A stretch of DNA of 64,000 bases from the IMG/VR virus record IMGVR_UViG_3300027708_003081; one strand, written 5' to 3'. This document shows positions 47,446 to 57,979 of the stretch, one piece after another. This DNA is from a virus (taxonomy: Duplodnaviria > Heunggongvirae > Uroviricota > Caudoviricetes). A program made the translations under genes and the position numbers. A model generated the notes under the pieces. It searched no databases. It was not told the DNA's origin and saw nothing but the letters and a program-made list of their open reading frames with translations. Position 1 is the stretch's first letter. Every line of letters begins with the position of its first letter.

Positions 47446-48192
47446 TTAATTTTTCAATTTAGAATGAACAATTAAATATAATTTTTTAAATCTTTTAATT
47501 GATGTTCTAATTTCTTTAGTATTTAAATTTGTCATTTCTCTGAGTGAAAGTAAAATTACATTTTTGTTAAACTTATTATTTTGTGAACCAAAAAATATTG
47601 TTTGGTAATTATCAAAAAGTTCAACTAATGCCATCCCTAATTTTTTTTCATTTTCACTTAATTCGTCAGTATCAATATAATCTTTTAATTCTTTTAAGTA
47701 TGTTGCAATAACAAAATCCATTTCTAAAACTTCATCATCAATTGTATAGGACAAATCTGCACGTTCTTCCAAAGCGGATGATATATCCTCGTAGGAAACT
47801 TTTCTATTTGTTTCTTTTTGGTCTTTAATAATTTGACCCATCAAGTAATTTTTACATATAGTCCCAAAATAAGAATAAGCCTTTTTGTTCTTTGAAGGCT
47901 TAAACTTGTCCACTTTAGTCATTAAAAATGAATGGGTATCAGTATGAATTTCTGTAAAATCCATATCTTTCCTATATAATTTGTAACGTCTTATTATTGA
48001 AGAAATCATCTTATCTAAAGGATGCCTAAGAAATTGGTTATAAATCTTATTTTTTTCTTCTGATGTTGTAGCAATTAAAAATTCTCTAACCGCATTTTCT
48101 TCTCTAACATCAAAATAGTTTTCCTTTATTGCCTTTCTTCCTCTTTTTTTCGACGAAACTTCTTCAGAAACACCTGATAAAGATTCTATCAT
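47446..48192 (-). CDS. Phage late-transcription sigma factor (T4 gp55-like)
   Basis: NYF motif and KFKPSKNKKAYSYFGTICKNYL resembling gp55/sigma region 2. Confidence 0.75.
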   Translation of the reverse strand: MIESLSGVSEEVSSKKRGRKAIKENYFDVREENAVREFLIATTSEEKNKIYNQFLRHPLDKMISSIIRRYKLYRKDMDFTEIHTDTHSFLMTKVDKFKPSKNKKAYSYFGTICKNYLMGQIIKDQKETNRKVSYEDISSALEERADLSYTIDDEVLEMDFVIATYLKELKDYIDTDELSENEKKLGMALVELFDNYQTIFFGSQNNKFNKNVILLSLREMTNLNTKEIRTSIKRFKKLYLIVHSKLKN

Positions 48193-48998
48193 TATGCGGT
48201 TTGAGGTTCATATTTTATGACTCTATCGTCAGCGAAGAAGTACTCTTTTTTTGCAGTTTGTACCCAAAATTTAACTTCATCATCAGTCATTTTTGTGTTA
48301 CCAAATTTGTAATCCCAAAATAAAGATTCTTCTCTCATATTAATATGTTTGTATCCAATTTTAGGGATAGACATAATTGATACGGAATTATATGTTAATC
48401 TAAGTAAAAACTCATAAATAAATGTTAATTTCATAGACGGTTTAAATCCACCAAAATCTTCAACAATTTGTTTTTTAAATACCGCTCCCGCAGTTTGAAA
48501 GTTCTGATAATTATGTAATGTTTCGTTTGTAAGATATCCCATTTCCATAGTGAAATTCGCTGCAAATGTTGCTTCATTAGTAAATCCAGCAAAAACATTT
48601 TTATTATCGGTATCCACAACTACAGGTAAAAACCCTTGTACTTCAGGATAAGCATCCATATATTTTTTAACATTTTTAAACCAAATTGCCGAGTATTCAT
48701 CGTCAAATTCAAATAAAGAAAACCAATTTCCTTTAGAATTTTTAATTCCATAATTTACTTGTTCACAATAGTTAGGTTCTTTATCCCACAACAATTTGTT
48801 AACCGTTAATGTTCCAAAATCATATTTGTTTAAATGTTCAATTAAAGTTTTTTCTGATGTATGAACAACAACTAATTCAAGTGGTTGTGCTGATTGATTT
48901 TGAATTGATTTAATTGCTTTATCAAAATACTCAGAAAAATCCTTTTCTAATGATGTTTTGATAGGTAAAATGATAGATATTGATAAATTATTTTCCAT
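48192..48998 (-). CDS. GT2-family glycosyltransferase
   Basis: ISIILPI, QVNYGIK..WFSLFEFDD, FGGF; ATG at 48998. Confidence 0.8.
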   Translation of the reverse strand: MENNLSISIILPIKTSLEKDFSEYFDKAIKSIQNQSAQPLELVVVHTSEKTLIEHLNKYDFGTLTVNKLLWDKEPNYCEQVNYGIKNSKGNWFSLFEFDDEYSAIWFKNVKKYMDAYPEVQGFLPVVVDTDNKNVFAGFTNEATFAANFTMEMGYLTNETLHNYQNFQTAGAVFKKQIVEDFGGFKPSMKLTFIYEFLLRLTYNSVSIMSIPKIGYKHINMREESLFWDYKFGNTKMTDDEVKFWVQTAKKEYFFADDRVIKYEPQTA

Positions 48999-48999
48999 A

Positions 49000-50052
49000 T
49001 TATTGTTCAGTTTTAGATATTTGTTGTTCAAAAGAATCCGCTCTTAATTTTAAGTACCCATCAAATAAAGTAACAACAGTAGATTCGAATTCTTGTTTAT
49101 TTTTATATTGTTCAGCGGTTTTTAATCCTTCTGACTGTAATTCAGGTTTAATGTTATCTTCCAACCAATTTTGAATAAAATCGGCAACAAAATCAGCCAT
49201 TAATGTTTTGTCTGTAACCCACATACCGTTATTCTCATTCATCCATTCAGGTTGAATATCTGGTACTTTAGCCATAACAGGAACACCACAAGCCATAGAT
49301 TCTAATGGAAATGTTCCAAAAGCGCTTTCGTTATCAATCCAAACACTTAAAAAACATTCTTTTAATGTTTCTGCAAATTCTTTTTCACTAAGGCCTCTCA
49401 TATCTTTAAATGTAAACCATCTATATTGTGGGAATTTTAGATAAAAAGTTTTAATCAAATTAATTGTATCGCTTTGTTCTCTTGAATGAACCGCAACTAT
49501 CGGCATCGGTGGTAATTTTCTTGGTTCAAAACTCTCACCTATTGTTGGTTTAATGATGTCAAACGTTGTTTGTCTCATCACTTTTTCCAAATATTGTTTT
49601 TGAATATCGGATGTTGTAATACATTTTAAAAACCCAAACTGAGCCCAGTTTTGACCTGGTTGAAGTGTCTCCAAAATATAAGCGTATGATTGAGATAATA
49701 CAATTTTACCACAAGGTAAATTTTTAATTTGGTCCATTACAAATCCAAATATTTCAGGAACTACAATAAAGTCTTCGGGAGCAATTTGTAAATTCTGACC
49801 TTCAATTACTGTGTGAGGTAATTCGGACATATATTTTTCATCTAACCATTTTGAAACTCCTGAGTAGTCATTTTTTTCGTGAAGAATTATCGGGTTAAAA
49901 TTATTCTGCTTTAAAGCATATGCGATTTCATAAATAAATCTTACAGATGCCTTTGCATTATCTTTAGTATCTTGTACTAAAAAATAAATACGAGATTTTC
50001 TATCTAAAAGACTCTGTATTGATTGTTTAACTTTTTCTGTCGTATTTTCCAT
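49000..50052 (-). CDS. GT4-like (GT-B) glycosyltransferase
   Basis: ESAFGTFPLESMACGVPV. Confidence 0.75.
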   Translation of the reverse strand: MENTTEKVKQSIQSLLDRKSRIYFLVQDTKDNAKASVRFIYEIAYALKQNNFNPIILHEKNDYSGVSKWLDEKYMSELPHTVIEGQNLQIAPEDFIVVPEIFGFVMDQIKNLPCGKIVLSQSYAYILETLQPGQNWAQFGFLKCITTSDIQKQYLEKVMRQTTFDIIKPTIGESFEPRKLPPMPIVAVHSREQSDTINLIKTFYLKFPQYRWFTFKDMRGLSEKEFAETLKECFLSVWIDNESAFGTFPLESMACGVPVMAKVPDIQPEWMNENNGMWVTDKTLMADFVADFIQNWLEDNIKPELQSEGLKTAEQYKNKQEFESTVVTLFDGYLKLRADSFEQQISKTEQ

Positions 50053-50055
50053 ATA

Positions 50056-50349
50056 TTAATAATGATTAATTAAATTTTTATTAAGTAAACTATTAAAGGC
50101 AAGCTTAAAAGGAACACTAATTGCGTTAGAAGAACTCTTCAATCCTAGTTTATCATCTACTTCTAAATCTTCTGACAAAATGGTTTCTAACATCATTTTA
50201 ATCATTTCATATTTTATGATATTAACTTTCATTTCTGATGTTCCAGACACCTCAGTTTCTGGTTCAATTTCAAGAGTGTCGGACATATCAATATATTTTT
50301 CTATTTCATCAAAATCAATAAAATAGTTTTCTCCTAATACATTAAGCAT
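50056..50349 (-). CDS. Hypothetical protein
   Basis: 97-aa coupled ORF. Confidence 0.7.
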   Translation of the reverse strand: MLNVLGENYFIDFDEIEKYIDMSDTLEIEPETEVSGTSEMKVNIIKYEMIKMMLETILSEDLEVDDKLGLKSSSNAISVPFKLAFNSLLNKNLINHY

Positions 50350-50935
50350 AAATTTCTTGTATTTTATTTTTTAATTCCTTCAAGTTTTTTATTGAATATT
50401 GACAATTAACATCTGAATTATATGATGTTTCATATTTTATAACCAATTTATCCTGAGGTATATTCAATAATAAGTTAGGATTCGCAGTAAGTAAAATGTC
50501 TATTGAGTCCCACATCGAATTTATTGTAATTTCACTATAAAATTTTACATTTTCAATTAGGCATCCAAACTTTGAAAGAAAAAATAAAGACGCCGGCTTA
50601 GATTTACCTATTTCATCTGATACTATCAGAATGTCGTGAGAATCTCTCGCATCTAAATAGAAGTCATTTAAATCATTCATCGACGCCATCTCAACGGAAC
50701 CGGAATGTCCGAATATTTCCATCGTATGTTCTTTATATAAAAAATCATATAACTCATCTTTATCTTTGAATGATAAATGATTCATAATATCCAAAGTAGT
50801 CAATTCAGAAATAACTTTATATTCAAATTCAGTTTCTTCTTTAAATGGATTTTCTATATACCATTTTTCATATTCTTGTTGAATTTTTTTTAATGTATCC
50901 CTTAAAACACCATTAATTTCAATTCCTATCCTCAT
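50342..50935 (-). CDS. Degenerate HAD / 5'(3')-nucleotidase-like protein
   Basis: MRIGIEINGVLRD resembles IGIDxDGVL with both Asp changed. Confidence 0.55.
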   Translation of the reverse strand: MRIGIEINGVLRDTLKKIQQEYEKWYIENPFKEETEFEYKVISELTTLDIMNHLSFKDKDELYDFLYKEHTMEIFGHSGSVEMASMNDLNDFYLDARDSHDILIVSDEIGKSKPASLFFLSKFGCLIENVKFYSEITINSMWDSIDILLTANPNLLLNIPQDKLVIKYETSYNSDVNCQYSIKNLKELKNKIQEIYA

Positions 50936-51674
50936 TATTTTCGTAATTCTTTAATAGTTTAGTTATAAGCGGATTTCTAACAATATCGTCTTGACCAAAC
51001 TCAAAAACACCAATATCATCAGTTTTACTATGTCTACGCATCGCATCCCATAAACCTGTTTGTGTTTTATCCTTGTGTCTATCAAATTGTTCTAAATCAC
51101 CTGAAATTAAAAACTTACTATTAAAACCAATTCTTGTTAATAATAATTTCATTTGATTAGGTGTTGAGTTTTGAGCCTCCTCAAAAATTAAAATTGAATT
51201 ATCAATATTCATACCTCTCATATAAGCAAGTGCGAATACTTCAATAACTTCCATATCTTTTAAGGTTTCTCTTGCCTCCTTACCAATAATTTTATTCATT
51301 AGATAATACGACGGGAAAATATATGGGTCTAATTTTTCTTCAACATTACCAGGTAATGAACCAAGTTTTTCTTCTGCTTCTACGGCCGGCCTAACAATAA
51401 TAATTTTCTCGTAGGTATTTGAGGGGTCCGCCAATAAATCAAGAGCAGCCTTCATCGCAATATAACTTTTTCCGACACCCGCAGGTCCAACACAAATAGT
51501 AATTTGATTGTCTCTTAATATTTCATAATACTTTCTCTGATTTTCAGATAAAAATTTTTGTTTACTTGGTTTTTTTATTACTTGAAGTATTTGTTCTTTT
51601 TTAGAAAGTTGTGTCTTTTCTTCCGTAACTTTTGGTGTTTGATTTGTTGGTTTTTTTCTTGCTCTTTTTTCCAT
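50919..51674 (-). CDS. phoH: PhoH-family ATPase
   Basis: GPAGVGKS, RPAVEA..LGSLPG, AYMRG, EEAQN, LLTRIG, GDLEQ, DIVRNP. Confidence 0.95.
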   Translation of the reverse strand: MEKRARKKPTNQTPKVTEEKTQLSKKEQILQVIKKPSKQKFLSENQRKYYEILRDNQITICVGPAGVGKSYIAMKAALDLLADPSNTYEKIIIVRPAVEAEEKLGSLPGNVEEKLDPYIFPSYYLMNKIIGKEARETLKDMEVIEVFALAYMRGMNIDNSILIFEEAQNSTPNQMKLLLTRIGFNSKFLISGDLEQFDRHKDKTQTGLWDAMRRHSKTDDIGVFEFGQDDIVRNPLITKLLKNYENNEDRN

Positions 51675-51677
51675 TTT

Positions 51678-52649
51678 TTATTTTGAGTATAATTTAATCC
51701 AATATTCAATCATTTCATCTAACATAGATTCAAATGTGTATTTTGGTTTCCATCCTGTTATATTTTTTAACTTTGAGCAATCACCTTTTAAATTGTGTAA
51801 CTCCTCAGGTCTTAAAAATTTTTCATCTTGTTTTACATATTTTTTCCAATCAAGACCCAAATATGAAAAAACGTAGTCACATAATTCACGAACTGAATGG
51901 GAAATACCTGTAGAACAAACAAAATCATCAGGATTTTCTTGTTGTAGAATCATCCACATAGCCTCGACATAGTCTTTGGCGTGACCCCAATCTCTTGTTG
52001 CATCAAGATTACCTAATTTTAATGTATCACTTAAACCTAATTTTATTTTAACCGCCTCTTTACAAACTTTATTTGTTACGAAGTTTGTACCTCTTCTTGG
52101 TGATTCGTGATTAAACAAAATACCATTTGATACAAACATATTATAAGAGTTTCTATAATTTTTACAAATATTATAACTGAAAACTTTTGCACATCCATAT
52201 GGCGACACAGGATTCATCGAGGTAGTTTCTCTTTGGAATCCGTCATAATCAATAGAATTACCAAACATTTCTGATGATGACGCTTGATATATTTTAATAC
52301 TAGGTTTTATTAATTTAACAGCTTCCAATAAATTTAACGCACCTAATCCGGTTACGTTTGCCGTGTATATTGGTTGGTCAAATGAAATTCTTACGTGAGA
52401 TTGCGCGGCTAAATTATAAATTTCGCTTGGGTTTGTTTTTTGTATTACACTAATTAATGAAGATAGGTCAGTTAAATCTGCATAATGTAATATAACTTTA
52501 TCATACACACTATCTAATCTTGCCGTTTGATTTTCAGATACTGAATTTCTTTTTAATGTTCCGTGTACTTCGTAACCTTTTTCTAATAAGAATTCCGAAA
52601 GATATGAACCATCTTGTCCGTTTATTCCTGTAATTAATGCAATTTTCAT
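51678..52649 (-). CDS. gmd: GDP-mannose 4,6-dehydratase
   Basis: ITGINGQDGSYL, NLAAQSHV, QASSSEMFG, PYGCAK, LFNHESPRRG, RDWGHA. Confidence 0.97.
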   Translation of the reverse strand: MKIALITGINGQDGSYLSEFLLEKGYEVHGTLKRNSVSENQTARLDSVYDKVILHYADLTDLSSLISVIQKTNPSEIYNLAAQSHVRISFDQPIYTANVTGLGALNLLEAVKLIKPSIKIYQASSSEMFGNSIDYDGFQRETTSMNPVSPYGCAKVFSYNICKNYRNSYNMFVSNGILFNHESPRRGTNFVTNKVCKEAVKIKLGLSDTLKLGNLDATRDWGHAKDYVEAMWMILQQENPDDFVCSTGISHSVRELCDYVFSYLGLDWKKYVKQDEKFLRPEELHNLKGDCSKLKNITGWKPKYTFESMLDEMIEYWIKLYSK

Positions 52650-53437
52650 ATATTTTGTGATATTTTTTCTATTATAAATTTTTCCCAATAGTCAATTTTT
52701 AATTTATCATAATTCCAAGTTTGACTATTTATTTCTTCATATTTATTGTTTAATAAGTCATATGTTATTTCATCCCAATCATTAATAAATAAAATTGGTA
52801 AGTCAGTAAATAACTGATGAGTATTTTCATAAATTACAATTGGTATACTACCCATATACAAAGATTCCCATATTCTATGAGTATCAATACCGTTTCCTCT
52901 TGGACATAAAACAAATTTAGATGATTTTATGTCTCTCAAATATTTTTTACGACCATCAAGGGTGTGTTCGGGAGTACCAGTTTTTACCCAACTTTGTTTA
53001 TTGAATTTATTATAAACAAAGTTTCTTACTGATGGGTAAGTATGAATACTAAAATTCAAATAAAGTAAGTTATCTTTTTCTATTTTTTCATTAATAACAT
53101 CAATCATAATTGATTTATTACCATAAATTGGATGTATCGGAGTGTCATCACAATTACTAGTAATACCTAAAGGTAATCCAAATGTGTTTATGTAATTGGT
53201 ATTCCTATTAATACAAAAAACAAGTTTAAACTCTTTTGAGATTTCATCCGTTACAGGATAATCTGAATGACCCATAACTACAATGTCATTAATTTTAATC
53301 GGATGAGGAGACCCTCTCCACATTTGAACTTGTTTATTTAAACGAAAGTAGTCCGTTTTCAAAAAACATATTTCGTTTTTTTTACAAAACTCTAAAAAAC
53401 CATCTTGAGTTATTATATCTTTTTCTTCGTAATGCAT
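52646..53437 (-). CDS. Exostosin-like (GT47) glycosyltransferase
   Basis: SKFVLCPRGNGIDTHRIWESLYMGSIPI. Confidence 0.8.
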   Translation of the reverse strand: MHYEEKDIITQDGFLEFCKKNEICFLKTDYFRLNKQVQMWRGSPHPIKINDIVVMGHSDYPVTDEISKEFKLVFCINRNTNYINTFGLPLGITSNCDDTPIHPIYGNKSIMIDVINEKIEKDNLLYLNFSIHTYPSVRNFVYNKFNKQSWVKTGTPEHTLDGRKKYLRDIKSSKFVLCPRGNGIDTHRIWESLYMGSIPIVIYENTHQLFTDLPILFINDWDEITYDLLNNKYEEINSQTWNYDKLKIDYWEKFIIEKISQNI

Positions 53438-53445
53438 AAAAGTAT

Positions 53446-54201
53446 TTAATTTTTTTTTGGTTTATATTCTTTTAATTTATAGTTTTCAAATATTGTTTCA
53501 ATTGTATAATCCCACGATAATTTTTTCCATCTATCTAAAAAGATATCTCCGTGCCAAAAAAAATCTCGTTTATTACAAATAATTGTTTCTGCTTGACTTA
53601 GAAATCCAATCCACCAAGAGAAGGTACCTTCCGATAATACAATGTTATTAAAATTTTTACCAAAATCAATCACTTGTGACGGATTCATATTAATAGGTAT
53701 TAAGTTATATTTTTTAATTAAGTGAATACAAAATTTATGATTAATTGAATCAGAAGAAATATACCCCCCATTAAAATTCATATTACTTAATGCCTCCTCG
53801 TAGTACTCCACCGGTAACATTCTCCTATCATTTTGAATGTCTCCAATTCTATAATGTAAGAAAACTAAATCTTTATTGATTTGGGTATGTCCTATATTCA
53901 GTAAACCTTTTATTTTGTTTTCATTATTTTGAAGAAATTCTTTTTTTTGGAAAAACCCATTAAAATAGTAATGTTTATCCTCGACTTCTTTTTTTTCTAA
54001 AAAATCAATAAAGTTTGAATCATTTATTTCTAAAAAGTCACTTCCTATTCTACCTGAATTTATATTATTTTCTTTAAAAAAATTTCCCCACATTTCTGAT
54101 GAGGAATTTAATTTTAAATTATGTTTTTTTGCAAAAAAAAATGCTGCAAGATATTGTATTAAATTATTACCCAATCTACCATCATATTTTATACTAACCA
54201 T
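53446..54201 (-). CDS. GT11-like alpha-1,2-fucosyl/colitosyltransferase
   Basis: GRLGNNL.QY, GFFQ, LHYRIGD, YYEEAL, GTFSWW. Confidence 0.8.
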   Translation of the reverse strand: MVSIKYDGRLGNNLIQYLAAFFFAKKHNLKLNSSSEMWGNFFKENNINSGRIGSDFLEINDSNFIDFLEKKEVEDKHYYFNGFFQKKEFLQNNENKIKGLLNIGHTQINKDLVFLHYRIGDIQNDRRMLPVEYYEEALSNMNFNGGYISSDSINHKFCIHLIKKYNLIPINMNPSQVIDFGKNFNNIVLSEGTFSWWIGFLSQAETIICNKRDFFWHGDIFLDRWKKLSWDYTIETIFENYKLKEYKPKKN

Positions 54202-54211
54202 ATATTAAATC

Positions 54212-54323
54212 TTATTTTTAATTCAATAATTTACACACTTATCTCTAAATAAACTCCATTTTTGTAATTAAATTATTTTTGATTAATCTTTTCATCCATA
54301 CTATTTAGTCCAAAATATTGTAT
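54212..54323 (-). pseudogene. Probable remnant of an FkbM-like methyltransferase gene
   Basis: One frame reads IQYFGLNSMDEKINQK*FNYKNGVYLEISV*IIELK*, resembling FkbM N-termini. Confidence 0.4.
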
Positions 54324-54326
54324 ATC

Positions 54327-55484
54327 TTATATATTTTTATTAACAATTTCAATTACTTTTGTTATTTCTTCATCTGTCATTTGATGATTATTTGGTATAT
54401 ATATTCCAAAATCATGTACTAGTTTAGAATTAGGTAATTCTTTCCTACCATACCTTTCATACCAAAAAGGATGCTCATTAATTGAACCACAAATTAATGG
54501 TCTACATTCGATATTATTATTACTTAACTCCTCAGTTAGTTTTTTAATATTTTTAGATATAATCGGATATGAAAAATTAGATATATATGAATTTTTAATT
54601 GGGTTTATTTTCCATAAATTATTTTTTATTTCGTTATGATATCTTAAGTAATTTTTATTTCTATTTTTTATTATTTCATCTAATTTATCCATTTGATTTA
54701 TACCAATAAATGCTTGTAAGTCCGTAGACCTAAGATTAAACCCCGGATAGTAAAAAGTATATAATGACCTGAATTTATCAATATTATATTCTTCTCTTAA
54801 TTTTTCTTGTTTTTCTTTTGGAAGGTCTCTATCCCAACCATGTGACCTTATAGATAATAATATGTAATATAAATCTTCGTCATTTGTCGATATCATACCT
54901 CCTTCAATTGTCGATATATGGTGACCAAAATAAAATGAAAAAGTAGACAGTTCGCCAAAAGTCCCTAACATTTTTGAATCATATGTTGAACCCAAAGATT
55001 CACAAGTATCTTCAATAAGAAAAATATTATTTTCTTCACATAATTCCATAATTTCTTTCATATGATTAGGAAATCCTAATACGTGTACTAAAATAATAGC
55101 AGCAGGATTTTCATCATTTATTAATCTTTTCAAATGTTCAATATCTAATCCTAGATTTGACATATCACACTCACACATTAAAGGTTCTAACCCTAACTGA
55201 ATTGCCGGAGTTACTGTTGTCACCCAAGATACTGCAGGAACTATTATTTTATTATTTTTTAATTTACCTGACAATATTAATGAGTAAATCGCTGCTAAAT
55301 TGGCCGATGAACCCGAGTTAACAAATATAGAATATTTAACACCCAACCATTTAGACCAAATTTTTTCAAATTCAATTGTTAAATCACCTTTAGTTAATCT
55401 TGGGTTAGTTTTTAACCAATCAATTAACATATTAATATCTTTACTATCAATAGTATCTTTTACTAAATCTATTTTTTCATTCAT
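54327..55484 (-). CDS. colD: GDP-4-keto-6-deoxy-D-mannose 3-dehydratase (ColD-like, DegT family)
   Basis: VNSGSSAN, EDTCES; SFYFGHHISTIEGG has His where DegT aminotransferases have the PLP Lys; RSHGWDR without the Fe-S Cys insert of E1/DdhC. Confidence 0.8.
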   Translation of the reverse strand: MNEKIDLVKDTIDSKDINMLIDWLKTNPRLTKGDLTIEFEKIWSKWLGVKYSIFVNSGSSANLAAIYSLILSGKLKNNKIIVPAVSWVTTVTPAIQLGLEPLMCECDMSNLGLDIEHLKRLINDENPAAIILVHVLGFPNHMKEIMELCEENNIFLIEDTCESLGSTYDSKMLGTFGELSTFSFYFGHHISTIEGGMISTNDEDLYYILLSIRSHGWDRDLPKEKQEKLREEYNIDKFRSLYTFYYPGFNLRSTDLQAFIGINQMDKLDEIIKNRNKNYLRYHNEIKNNLWKINPIKNSYISNFSYPIISKNIKKLTEELSNNNIECRPLICGSINEHPFWYERYGRKELPNSKLVHDFGIYIPNNHQMTDEEITKVIEIVNKNI

Positions 55485-55502
55485 ATTTTATTTTATTTTT
55501 TT

Positions 55503-56261
55503 TTAATTAAGCCCCCAACAATGGAAACTAATTGCGTCTTTATCTTTATGAGTATTTAATAATTCTTTTATTTCATTATCTGACCAATAAAAATTACTTC
55601 TACCCGACATATTAAAATTTAAAACTTTAGTTTCAAATTTATCAGGATAATTTACGTAATAAAAATTACCATATAAATCATAATCAGAAGGATGACAATC
55701 AGTATCTACATATAAATAAATAAGTTCTAAAAAGTCTTCAATAGTGTTACATTTTGTTTTATTTAAAATTTCTTTAACCACTTTTTTATTATACATCATA
55801 AACTCAGAGATGAATGAGTGATTATATTCTCTACCAATACCTAATAATTTTTGATTAAAATTATAATATGGTTGATGATAATGGTCTCTACCTAAATAAA
55901 ATATTGTTTTATTTTGATTAAAAAAATTTAATTTATTTAAAATAACACAGTCAGATTCAATAACTAAAAAATCATCGTTCTTACCTACATTTTGGAAAAT
56001 TTTTAATAACATTTGATATATCCAATTAGGTCTGTATTTTATTCTTGATTTATCAATTTTTAAAACATTAGTTTCTAAATGTAGATGTATTAATTTTTTA
56101 GTTAATGTTTTTAATAACTCCATATCGTTATATAGTGTTCTGTCACTAACTATTAAATGTATTGAATCAAATTCTAAATTTTTATCACAATATTCAACAA
56201 TATACTTTATATTGTTGAAGTCTTTTTCGTGTGATACTATTATAATATCATAATTTCCCAT
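55503..56261 (-). CDS. GT-A-like hypothetical protein (DUF6492-like)
   Basis: WIYQMLLKI, FLVIESDCV. Confidence 0.5.
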   Translation of the reverse strand: MGNYDIIIVSHEKDFNNIKYIVEYCDKNLEFDSIHLIVSDRTLYNDMELLKTLTKKLIHLHLETNVLKIDKSRIKYRPNWIYQMLLKIFQNVGKNDDFLVIESDCVILNKLNFFNQNKTIFYLGRDHYHQPYYNFNQKLLGIGREYNHSFISEFMMYNKKVVKEILNKTKCNTIEDFLELIYLYVDTDCHPSDYDLYGNFYYVNYPDKFETKVLNFNMSGRSNFYWSDNEIKELLNTHKDKDAISFHCWGLN

Positions 56262-56267
56262 AATTAA

Positions 56268-57194
56268 TTATTTTCTAACCGTCTCGTAATTTTTAATAAA
56301 CCATTCTATCGTTTTATTAATTCCATCATCTAAGGTTGTAAATTTAAAATCTTTGGGTGCGTCAGAAATTGCAGGTTTTCTGTGTTGACCCATTGGTTTT
56401 TCAGAATCAAATACAATGTCTTTATCAGATATTTTTAGTACATTAGTAATGATTTTAGCAATTTCAAAAATTGAATATTCTTTAGGGTTAATTGCCATAA
56501 AAGATTCGTCACTATTCCAATTATCTAATGACCATATTATTAACTTGGCTAAATCATCAGAATGAATCACTTGCCTTAACGGACTTCCGTCCCCCCAAAT
56601 AATCATTTTATTTGAATTTAATTTTGATAAATAAGCCCTATGTATCATTGCAGGAATCATATGGCCATTTTCTAAATGAAAATTATCGTTAATACCATAA
56701 ACATTTGTTGGTATTACCGATATCCAATTAGAATTTAAAACTTTTTTAATAATATTTGTTTGATAACCGGCGATTCTTTTTGAATATGCATATCCGTGAT
56801 TTGAAAAATGAGGCTCACCATTATCAATTTGATTTGGTGTTAATGGAAATGTCACATTTTTATCAGGAAAGATACAAGTTGACAATAGATTTACAAAGTT
56901 TGGAATTTCATTTTTAAATGACGCCTCTATAACATTATTATTTATCATAAAATTCTCAATAAAAAAACCTTTATTATTTTTCATATTTGCTTGAACCCCA
57001 CCAACTTTCGCAGAACAATTAATAATAGTATCCACATTATTATTTTTAACGTGATAAGTGATATAGTCTAGCGTTTTTTTAGAATCGGTCAAATTAACTT
57101 CATCTTTTGTATGGTAAACGTGCCCATCACCTAAAATTTTTTTTAGTGACGAACCAACTAAACCATTTGACCCCGTAATTAAATATTTTCTCAT
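56268..57194 (-). CDS. fcl: GDP-L-fucose/colitose synthase (Fcl/ColC epimerase-reductase)
   Basis: TGSNGLVG, SAKVGG, LSTCIFP, YAYSKR, PTNVYG..DNF, WGDGSPLR. Confidence 0.9.
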   Translation of the reverse strand: MRKYLITGSNGLVGSSLKKILGDGHVYHTKDEVNLTDSKKTLDYITYHVKNNNVDTIINCSAKVGGVQANMKNNKGFFIENFMINNNVIEASFKNEIPNFVNLLSTCIFPDKNVTFPLTPNQIDNGEPHFSNHGYAYSKRIAGYQTNIIKKVLNSNWISVIPTNVYGINDNFHLENGHMIPAMIHRAYLSKLNSNKMIIWGDGSPLRQVIHSDDLAKLIIWSLDNWNSDESFMAINPKEYSIFEIAKIITNVLKISDKDIVFDSEKPMGQHRKPAISDAPKDFKFTTLDDGINKTIEWFIKNYETVRK

Positions 57195-57979
57195 ATTATA
57201 ATCCAATTTTCACCACCTATTTCACTAGTATCAAATAATCCATTACTGAACCAGTATGATGGATAAATTATTTTTTTATTTTTATTTTGGTTTAACCAAG
57301 CCCCCCACCAACTAAAGCTCGAGTTGGCAATAATATTGTGATTACACATTGACATTAAGTATAAATCCTGATAATCTAAATTTCCACTAATAAAAATTTT
57401 ATTTTTTATAAAATCTAAATTAATTTTACACCATTCAATATCATCGGAAAAAATTAAAAATAATACGTCTTCTCCTATAATTGATGTTGCTTGTTTATAA
57501 TAGTCTATAGTTTGTAACGGGTGGACATTCTGTCTCTCAACATAATTACCTCTCCTAACGTGTATTGAACAAGTATTTTCAAACTTTAGTAATTTGTATT
57601 TATCAGTTAAATAATTTTCTGTAACATCGTCTATTTTATATAAATTAAAAATCTCGTTTTGGTATTCTTTAAAGTATTTTTCATTTTGATAATATCCATC
57701 TAATTTTAAATTACCACTAATAATTGGTATATTAATAAATTTAATGGGTTGATGGTGAGTTTGGTGAATAAATTCAAAATTATTAATATCACCAAATTGA
57801 ACATTTCTTAAAATGTTGTTTGAGTATAATTCCAAGGGGCTGTGAATTACTACAATGTCTCTGATATCTATTTTTAATTCTTTATTATCTCTTTTTGATA
57901 TTCCATATGCCGCAGAAATTTGAAATAAATAGTTTCCTAAACCTCCTTGTAAATGACACGATACATAATTATTTTCCAT
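57191..57979 (-). CDS. GT11 alpha-1,2-fucosyl/colitosyltransferase
   Basis: GGLGNYLFQ, GYYQ, IHVRRGNY, FSDD..WC, IANSSFSWWGAWL. Confidence 0.9.
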   Translation of the reverse strand: MENNYVSCHLQGGLGNYLFQISAAYGISKRDNKELKIDIRDIVVIHSPLELYSNNILRNVQFGDINNFEFIHQTHHQPIKFINIPIISGNLKLDGYYQNEKYFKEYQNEIFNLYKIDDVTENYLTDKYKLLKFENTCSIHVRRGNYVERQNVHPLQTIDYYKQATSIIGEDVLFLIFSDDIEWCKINLDFIKNKIFISGNLDYQDLYLMSMCNHNIIANSSFSWWGAWLNQNKNKKIIYPSYWFSNGLFDTSEIGGENWIII

